From: Nitrospirota bacterium | GTDB taxonomy: Bacteria; Nitrospirota; UBA9217 | Assembly: GCA_963790205.1 (NCBI GenBank) | Contig: CAWBNQ010000004.1 | Coordinates: 1 to 25,611, forward strand | DNA: 25,611 bases | Direction of reading: 5' to 3' | In this document: positions 1 through 8,654 of the stretch, piece after piece | How the letters are laid out: each line of letters opens with the position of its first letter | Position numbering within the stretch: the stretch's first letter is position 1 | Position numbers and translations under genes: made by a program | Notes under the pieces: model-generated | Seen by the model: the letters and a program-made list of their open reading frames with translations, nothing else | The model's database searches: none | Told to the model about the DNA's origin: nothing

Positions 1-22
1 AGAAGAAAAGAACGAAACGAAC

Positions 23-824
23 ATGCCAAACGACGTTAAGACAATTGTTTTACGCACCGCCGGCACCAATTGCGATGCCGAGACGGTCTTTGCCTTTCAA
101 CAAAGCGGCGCGGTGGTGGACTTGGTGCACGTGAACCGTCTGCTTGCGGGGGAGGTCAAACTCGCGGATTATCATATCCTGGCGATCCCCGGCGGGTTTA
201 CTTATGGCGACGATATTATTTCCGGGCGTATTCTGGCCAATGAATTGCGTCTGCTTGGGTGAGGATCTAGCGAAATTTATAGCGCCGGGAAATTCATCAT
301 CGGTATCTGTAACGGCTTTCAGGTCTTGGTGCGGGCCGGGATTTTGGCTGGGCCGCTGGATAGCAGTGCCTGGTAGCCGGACTTTGTGTCCAATGTTACG
401 CTGACTTATAATGATTCCGGGAAATTTGAGGCTCGCTGGGTGTATTTGAAACTCGACGGGAAACGTGCTTGACAAGGGCTGGATGAGGTCATTTTTATTC
501 CGGTGGCGCATGGCGAAGGGAAGTTCGTTGCCAAGGATGATGCGATTATGAAAAGCCTGAAGAACAATGGCCAGGTTATTTTTCGCTATTGCGATGACAA
601 AGGTAGGCTGCGACGTATCCGGGAAACCCTAATGGTTCAATCGGCGATATCGCCGGCATTGGGGATCGCACCGGCCGGGTGTTGGGCCTGATGCCCATCC
701 GGAACGTCATTTCCTTTTGACCCAGCATCCGAGTTGGACTCGGTGGAACGGAAAAGCAGGACGCGGCCAGGGCGCGAAGATTTTTGAGAATGGGGTGAAG
801 TACGTAAGGAAGAATTTATTATAG
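23..824 (+). CDS. purQ: Phosphoribosylformylglycinamidine synthase glutaminase subunit PurQ, split by several apparent frameshifts
   Basis: N-terminus ..LRTAGTNCDAET..IPGGFTYGD. Catalytic GICNGFQ (ggtatctgtaacggctttcag, ~302-322), AHGEGKF (~506) and a GLMP(H)PER remnant (~685-706) lie in different frames. Stop TAG at 822-824. Confidence 0.9.
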
Positions 825-887
825 TCCCCCAGTCCCCGGGGCCCCAGCGTCCCGGAACAGCTTAACTGGGTTTTGGGGACCAGGGAC
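824..887. repeat. Degenerate ~8-nt tandem repeats arranged as an inverted pair
   Basis: GTCCCCCA/GTCCCCGG/GGCCCCAG/CGTCCCGG (824-855) faces CTGGGTTTTGGGGACCAGGGAC (866-887). Confidence 0.55.
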
Positions 888-929
888 AGGTAACTAGATG
901 TGAATGCCCTGGGACGTAGAGGGATCCCC

Positions 930-1946
930 ATGAAAACGAAAAAGGTCTCTTATAAATCCAGCGGCGTTGACATTGTCAAAGCCAACGAATTTGTCGACGG
1001 GATTCAAGCATGGTGGCCAGCACCATGATTCCCGGGGTTCTGAAGCGCAAGGGCGCGTTCGGTTCGCTTTTTGAATTGGACACGCCGGATATAAAAATCC
1101 GGTTATGGTGTCTTCGACTGACGGGGTCGGGACAAAACTTTTGATCGCTCAGGCGTCGATAAGCATGATACGGTTGGGATCGACTTGGTGGCGATGAATG
1201 TTAATGATATTCTATGCGTTGGCGCGAAACCATTATTCTTTTTGGATTATATTGCCTGCGGGAAAGTTGAAATTAAAGGTTTTGGATGCCGTGGTGGCTG
1301 GTATTGCCGAGGGCTGCCGTCAGGAAGCGGGCTGTGCCTTGATCGGCGGCGAGACGGCGGAAATGCCGGGGATGTATAAGGCGGATGATTATGATCTGGC
1401 GGGTTTTGCCGTCGGGGTTGTTGAAAAAGACAAAGATTATCGACGGCTCGAAGATTCAGGCAGGCGATCAGATTGATCGGCTTGCCGTCGAGCGGGCCTT
1501 CATTCCAATGGTTTTTCACTGGCGCGCAAGGTTTTTTCACTCGCCGAGCAGAAAAAATATGCCAAAGAGCTTCTGGCGCCGACCAAGATTTACGTCCGTG
1601 AAATTTTAGCGCTTATAGAGAAATTTGAAATTCACGGTCTGGCGCACATGACCGGCGGCGCGTTTTATGAAAATTGACGCGTATTATTCCCGACGGGTTA
1701 TGTGCGGTGGTTAACAAAAAGAGTTGGCCTGTCCCTGGAATTTTTAAGCGCATTCAGAAAAAAGGTAACGTGGCAGAGAATGAAATGTATCGCGCCCTCA
1801 ACATGGGGCTGGGCATGACCGTGGTGTGCGCCCCGCAAGATGCGTCTGGCATATTGCCGGAATTTTTGGCGGGGCAAAATCTTCCGGCATTTGAGATTGG
1901 CGAAGTGGTGGCGGATTCAGCGGGGAAGATAAGATGGCGGGATTAG
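930..1946 (+). CDS. purM: AIR synthetase PurM, multiple apparent frameshifts
   Basis: ATG at 930 gives [21 protein letters not shown]. Motifs [63 protein letters not shown] and [12 protein letters not shown] are spread over frames. Confidence 0.92.
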
Positions 1947-1961
1947 AGGCTTTGGCATAGG

Positions 1962-2038
1962 TCGATACTCGATGCTTGATTCTCGATGCTCGTTAAAGAC
2001 TTTATCGAGTATCTAGCATCCAGGATCGAGCATCAAGG
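1962..2038. repeat. Heptamer tandem repeats forming a long hairpin, (TCGATGC)n ... (ATCGAGC)n
   Basis: Left arm TCGATAC TCGATGC TTGATTC TCGATGC TCG. Right arm ATCGAGT ATCTAGC ATCCAGG ATCGAGC ATCAAGG. Centre TAAAG-A-CTTTA. Confidence 0.8.
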
Positions 2039-2050
2039 AGAATAATTTCC

Positions 2051-3351
<1,301 letters not shown>

Positions 3352-3361
3352 AAGCCGTCGC

Positions 3362-3390
3362 GTTTAAGGTTTACGGTTTACAGTTTACAG
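3362..3390 (+). repeat. 4x heptamer tandem repeat GTTTACA-like
   Basis: GTTTAAG GTTTACG GTTTACA GTTTACA G, immediately before the GGAGG SD of the next gene. Confidence 0.75.
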
Positions 3391-3399
3391 GGAGGGCAC

Positions 3400-3715
3400 A
3401 TGGAACGCAAAAGGACTCGGGGCATCACAGTGTTTGCGTTATCGTTTCTGTACTTTCCTTTTTTGTATTTTCCTTTGGGTGTGATTTTTATGGCTTGGGT
3501 TAGGGCCCAGGATAGGCTACCCTTGCTCTTTTCTAAAGGCAGTGATTTGCATATTACTCCAGATTATCTTCCGGAGGCATTTTTATGTTTTCTTATGTTA
3601 GCGATAATTGTTGGCGTTCTTAATTTAAAACGCTGGGCATATTATATGCTTCTTGCTTTTTCAGTCGTTTTAATTATTGCTCAAATGAGTCTTGTCATTC
3701 TTCTGGTTCAGTATA
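3400..3715 (+). pseudogene. AT-rich multi-TM membrane protein of unknown function, 3'-truncated; the ORF runs on into the antisense strand of the recombinase fragment
   Basis: GGAGG SD and ATG at 3400. About 3 hydrophobic segments up to ~aa 105, then an abrupt switch to GC-rich sequence that reads as nonsense in this frame. Confidence 0.6.
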
Positions 3716-4140
3716 CTATGCTTCAGCACATGCGGACTGAGCGCGTTCAACGCGTCGATGATCTCGCGCTCGTCGTTTCCACGCGCCGGCACTTTCGACG
3801 CGGCCACACGGCCGAGTTGTTCGACCACGGCCTGGATCGCGCGTGGGGCCAATCGTCGGCCAGTCTTGCTCGTGAAGACCGCCGAGGCATGACCGGAGGT
3901 CGGCCGGATCTTCAACCAGTCGCGCAGCGCCGCGATCACTCCGGCATTCAAAGGCACTTCTCTGGATTTTCGGCCCTTGCCCAATCTGACCGCGGCAATG
4001 CCGCGTTGACTCGATTGGATCTTGACATCGTTGACATCCAACGCCGCCACTTCGGACACGCGCAGGCCCGCCTTCCACATCAGCGCGATCATGGCCGCGT
4101 CACGGACGATTAACCGATCGGTTGGCGTGAGCGCCTCCTT
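3716..4140 (-). pseudogene. Internal fragment of a tyrosine recombinase/integrase (XerC/D-like catalytic domain)
   Basis: RDAAMIALMWKAGLRVSEVAALD (box I Arg), GKGRKSREVPL (catalytic Lys) and LSPHVLKHS (HxxR-like box). No N-terminal domain, no second His/Trp and no Tyr nucleophile. Confidence 0.85.
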
Positions 4141-4485
4141 ATGTACAAGATGCTTCTTATGCGTTACCATTGCAGCATCATCGACGCGCGAAACGGCCAG
4201 GAAGGACTGCATAAACTGGCCTGGAACCCAGATATAGATCTTGTTCTGCTCGATATCAATATGCCGCTCGTAAGCAGTTTTGAATTTATCACAGCCGTCA
4301 AAGAAGAGGAGCAATACAGCCATATTCCGATCATCATGGCGGGTTCTCCGAACAGTGTGGAAGATGCCAGAAAAGGCCTCGCCCTCGGCGCGCAAGGATA
4401 TCTTAAGAAGCCGTTCGCGTCGAGCGAAATGCATGCAATCATCGAGAAGCTCTATCCTACACCTGTTCACGCTGCCTGTGCCTAG
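4141..4485 (+). CDS. CheY-like single-domain response regulator, apparently lacking its first beta strand
   Basis: ARNGQEGL..DIDLVLLDINMP..IPIIM..LGAQGYLKKPF. The N-terminal LVVDD acidic-pocket motif and an SD are absent. Confidence 0.8.
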   Translation: MYKMLLMRYHCSIIDARNGQEGLHKLAWNPDIDLVLLDINMPLVSSFEFITAVKEEEQYSHIPIIMAGSPNSVEDARKGLALGAQGYLKKPFASSEMHAIIEKLYPTPVHAACA

Positions 4486-4578
4486 AAAGACGCTGCGTAT
4501 GATCGGCGCGCATTGAAGTTCCATGCGGCAGATGAAGTTCACCCGAGTATCCGCAAAGACGTTCTTATCGTAAGGTAA

Positions 4579-4608
4579 GCATTCCCCGCAGACGTCTGCG
4601 GGGAATGC
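4579..4608. repeat. Perfect 30-bp palindrome (REP-like element or terminator stem)
   Basis: GCATTCCCCGCAGAC|GTCTGCGGGGAATGC. Confidence 0.85.
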
Positions 4609-4782
4609 GCTCACTCCTGTATTCAAACCCGAATGCCTTTCCTTTTCTTCCGCGCTTTCTCTCATCAACAACGTTCAAGTCCAGTGCAACAGCAATAGTG
4701 TACAAAAAACGGCAAACCGTTGAGAAAAACATATCTTTAATAGGCATAACGACATTTTTTTGTTGAGATTTGGTACCCAATA

Positions 4783-4802
4783 AATACCCTGCAGGGGGTA
4801 TT
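4783..4802. promoter_or_regulatory. CsoR/RcnR-family-like operator palindrome
   Basis: AATACCC-TGCAGG-GGGTATT, i.e. C/G tracts with AT-rich flanks. On the minus strand it fills a TAGACA-17bp-TTTATT spacer. Confidence 0.4.
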
Positions 4803-4866
4803 GTCTATTCCCTTGCGTATGCTATTGTAGCGCCATTGTATTTGATCCCATCGTACAAGGACGATC

Positions 4867-6817
4867 ATGCAAATGCTTACCGACGCAGAGAATAGATCGA
4901 ATAGACGGCACGAGGCCGGTGATATTGAAACACGATATCGCGTGTTATTCGAGCAGTCGCCCGATGGTATTTTGATCATTGACGCGAACGGTAAGATCCT
5001 TGATTTCAACGAGGCCGCGCACGCTCTGCTTGGTTACACACGGGAGGATTTTGCAAGGCTTAACATTTCCGAGATCAGCGGGCAGGGGCCCGAGGAGATG
5101 CAGGATCACATCGAGCATCTGTTGATCGCAGGAAAAGCAAGCTATGAAATCAATTGCCGAACAAAAAACGGCGGGACAAGGAACGTTCATGTTCTTTCGC
5201 GGATGATACTCCTGTCCGGGCGGACCGTCATGCATTCGATCTGGCGCGATATCACGGAGCAAAAGAAGACCGAAACGGAACTGCGCAAGAGCGAAAAATT
5301 CATCAAAGACATTCTCGAATCCGTTGATGAGGCGTTCATTGTCATTGACCGCGATTACCGGATCGTGTCAGCCAACAAGGCGTATCTTGAGCAGGTGAAG
5401 ATGCCGCTGGAAGAGGTTCTCGGCAGACACTGTTATCAAGTCTCACATCGGATCAATAAACCTTGCTACGAGATGGGCGAGGAGTGTTCGGTCAGGCACA
5501 CGTTTGACGCGGGAGAGCCGCATACCGCTTTGCATATCCATCTCGACAAGACCAACAATCCTTTGTACGTGGAGACGAAATCTTATCCCTTAAAGGACTC
5601 ATCCGGATACACGACTTCCGCCATAGAGATCATCCATAATACGACGGAAAAAAAGAAGCTCGAGGAACAACTTCGTCATATCCAGAAGATGGAAGCCGTC
5701 GGTCAGCTCGCGGGAGGCATCGCCCACGATTTCAATAATATTCTTACCGCGATCACCGGCTACGGAAGTCTCATTAAGATGAAGATGGCCGAAGATGACC
5801 CTTTGCGGCAACATGTACAGCAGATGCTTGACGCATCCGAACGGGCCACCAGCCTGACGCGCGGCCTCCTCGCCTTCAGCAGGAAACAGGTGATCAGGCC
5901 GAAACCCGTGGACCTGAACAAGATCGTCGCGAACGTCGAGAAGCTCTTGCAGAGGATCATCGGCGAGGACGTGGAAATGAAGGTCGATCTGACGAATGGC
6001 GATCTGACCGTCATGGCGGACTGCGGCCAGGTCGAACAGGTCCTCATGAACCTTGTGGCGAACGCACGGGATGCCATGGCTGAAAGCGGATGTCTGACCA
6101 TACGAACGGATATTGCCGTCCTGGACGGCGCCTTTGTACAGATGCACGGGTACGGGAAGCGGGGCACCTATGCGCTGATTATCCGTAACGGACACGGGCA
6201 TGGGGATGGACGAGCGAACGAGAGAAAGGATCTTTGAGCCTTTTTTCACGACAAAAGAAGTGGGGAAGGGCACGGGACTTGGGCTTTCGATCGTGTACGG
6301 GTCTTATAAAACAGCATAACGGCTACATTATTTGCTCCAGCGAGCCGAAAAAAGGAACAACGTTTAAAATCTATCTGCCGCTGAGCAAGCGCGAGATCCA
6401 GGAAACGGAGAGCGCGGATTCTCTTCCCGTGTGCGGCGGGACCGAGACCATTCTCATCGCCGAGGACGACGCCCCGGTGCGAACGCTTATGAAAGAGGTG
6501 CTCGGGCAATACGGATACACGGTGATCGAGGCGGTCGACGGAGAGGATGCGGTCAGCAGATTCACGGAGAACCGGGACAGGATCCAGCTCCTCATCCTTG
6601 ATTTTATTTTACCGAAAATAAATGGAAAAGAGGTATACGACGAGATCGACGATATCGACCGGACGTGAAGGTCATTTTCGCGAGCGGCTATACCGCGGAC
6701 TTTCTTCAGCAGAAGGGCATGGTCGGGCACAATGTCAATTTTGTTTCCAAGCCGATCTTGCCGTCGGATCTCTTGAAAAAAATGCGGGACACGCTGGACA
6801 GGGACGATCATCTTTAA
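4867..6817 (+). CDS. PAS-PAS hybrid sensor histidine kinase/response regulator, apparent frameshifts near 6180, 6300 and 6650
   Basis: Two PAS domains, H-box [11 protein letters not shown]-box [15 protein letters not shown]1/F/G2 boxes ([30 protein letters not shown]) lie in a shifted frame. Receiver ILIAEDD..LLILD..ASGY..SKP ends at TAA 6815-6817. Confidence 0.9.
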
Positions 6818-6859
6818 TCCGACGACACGCATACGGAGGGTGAACGGGGGACCGGCTCT

Positions 6860-8404
6860 ATGAAGATCAAAGACCTGTCGGTGAAGTGGAAGATCTCACT
6901 ACCGATCATCGCAATAGTAATTGCCGGGATACTGCTCATGGGCATTATTACCGGAGAAAAGACAACGGCGCTCGTGATCGAGGAGGCAAAATCGAGGGCG
7001 CTCAATAGCTATCGGGACACCGTGCTGAATGCCTTGACTGCCATGATGGTCGCGGGAAATATCAAAGAGGCCAAGGTGTCCTTTTTAGAACAGATGAGTC
7101 ATCTCATCGATCTCAGGGTGATACGGGCAGAGGCACTTGACGCTGATTATGGAAAGGGCAATCCCGATGACTATCCGAAAGATGCTATCGAAAAACAAGT
7201 CATCGCGACAGGTAATGAACAAGTCCTGCTTGAAGGAGAATATATCCGGGGCGTCTACCCCTATACAGGGAGAGCAAATTTCATGGGACGAAATTGCCTG
7301 GGCTGTCATCGGGTACGGGAAGGGACCGTTATCGGCGCAATCAGCATAAAAATGCCTTTGGCCGATCTATTGGACAGGTCCAGGTCGCTGAAGCGGTTTC
7401 TTTTTGCGATCGGCGGAGTGGGAACGCTCCTTCTGCTTGGGACCGTAGTGATCACCATCAGCGCGACACATAGACCTTTAACGGAATTGACCAAAAAAGC
7501 GAAGGATATTGCCGAAGGAGACCTCGACGCAGCAATAGTTCATGAGGGAAACGACGAGATCGGCCAGCTCGCCGATGCACTGAACGCCATGAGGATAAAG
7601 TTAAAAGAGGTGGTGGCCGAGGTCAAGGCAGCTTCGGATCTGGTGGGATCCGAGTGCCGCAACTTAAGCTCAAGCTCAGAGGCGGTGTCTCAGGGTGCTG
7701 CAATACAGGCGAGCTCCATTGAAGAGGTATCCGCCTCGATGAAACACATGGTGTCGATCATCACGCAGACCGAGGACAATGCCCGGCAAACAGCGATGAT
7801 AGCGCAGAAATCAACGGGAGAGGCACAGGAAAGCGGCAGGGCGGTCTCAAAAACCGTCAATGACATGAAATCCATTGCAGGAAAAATATCGATCATCGAA
7901 CAGATCGCACGCCAGACGAACCTCCTTGCATTGAACGCCGCAATCGAGGCGGCCCGGGCAGGCGAGCATGGCAAAGGGTTCGCGGTCGTTGCGTCGGAAG
8001 TGCGTAAGCTCGCTGAGCGGAGCCAGGCGGCCGCGGGCGAGATCAGTCATCTATCGGTCTCGAGCGTTGCTGCGGCTGAGGAGGCGGGACGAATGCTGGC
8101 GATGCTCGTGCCTGACATCCAAAAAACGTCACAATTGGTGCATGATATCAGCATTGCGAGCAAGGAGCAGACCGCCGAAGCGGTCCAGATCAACAGCGCC
8201 ATCCAACAATTGAACGGGGTAATTCAGCATAACGCAGCGGCAGCTGAGGAGACGTCAGCGACGTCAGCTGAACTTCTGTCTCAGACAGAACAGCTTCAGG
8301 GCGCCATTGCATTCTTCAAAGTAGGCGGCACAGTGAAGCTTTATCCGCAAGCGGCAAGCGAACTCGACATCACCTCCGACGTCATCAGCTACCAAATAGG
8401 CTGA
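6860..8404 (+). CDS. Methyl-accepting chemotaxis protein with a periplasmic c-type heme motif
   Basis: TM - periplasmic domain with CLGCH (7295-7309) - TM - HAMP (DEIGQLA) - signalling tip [40 protein letters not shown]. Confidence 0.95.
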   Translation: MKIKDLSVKWKISLPIIAIVIAGILLMGIITGEKTTALVIEEAKSRALNSYRDTVLNALTAMMVAGNIKEAKVSFLEQMSHLIDLRVIRAEALDADYGKGNPDDYPKDAIEKQVIATGNEQVLLEGEYIRGVYPYTGRANFMGRNCLGCHRVREGTVIGAISIKMPLADLLDRSRSLKRFLFAIGGVGTLLLLGTVVITISATHRPLTELTKKAKDIAEGDLDAAIVHEGNDEIGQLADALNAMRIKLKEVVAEVKAASDLVGSECRNLSSSSEAVSQGAAIQASSIEEVSASMKHMVSIITQTEDNARQTAMIAQKSTGEAQESGRAVSKTVNDMKSIAGKISIIEQIARQTNLLALNAAIEAARAGEHGKGFAVVASEVRKLAERSQAAAGEISHLSVSSVAAAEEAGRMLAMLVPDIQKTSQLVHDISIASKEQTAEAVQINSAIQQLNGVIQHNAAAAEETSATSAELLSQTEQLQGAIAFFKVGGTVKLYPQAASELDITSDVISYQIG

Positions 8405-8654
8405 CCTTTTTCCTCTCCTCAGTATAATACTTTCTTATCAAAAATGTCTTCGCATTTCCTCAGTTTTTTTGCGCTCGTGCAGATTCTATCCGACGAAGCA
8501 ATCGAACAACATAAAAAACGTGCTACAATACTCTTAGGCGGATGCAAATAGGTTCTGGTTATTATCTGTCGCCCCGCGAAGCTAGGATCGGCCGAAAAGC
8601 CTTTGCGGTTTTTGATGATCGTCATCAAGACAAAGCGGGTAAGGGACAACAACA

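Noticed and set aside
1962..2038. CRISPR array or integron attC site
   Set aside because: Units are 7 nt with no spacers, there are no cas genes or clear RYYYAAC/GTTRRRY ends, and the recombinase fragment lacks the IntI-specific insertion.
3400..4113. 237-aa ORF as a novel membrane fusion protein
   Set aside because: The C-terminal half is the antisense reading of the recombinase fragment.
3670..4671. 333-aa minus-strand ORF as a full-length integrase
   Set aside because: Only ~3716-4140 is recombinase-like. The N-terminal part is the antisense of the CheY-like gene and spacer, and the catalytic Tyr region is missing.
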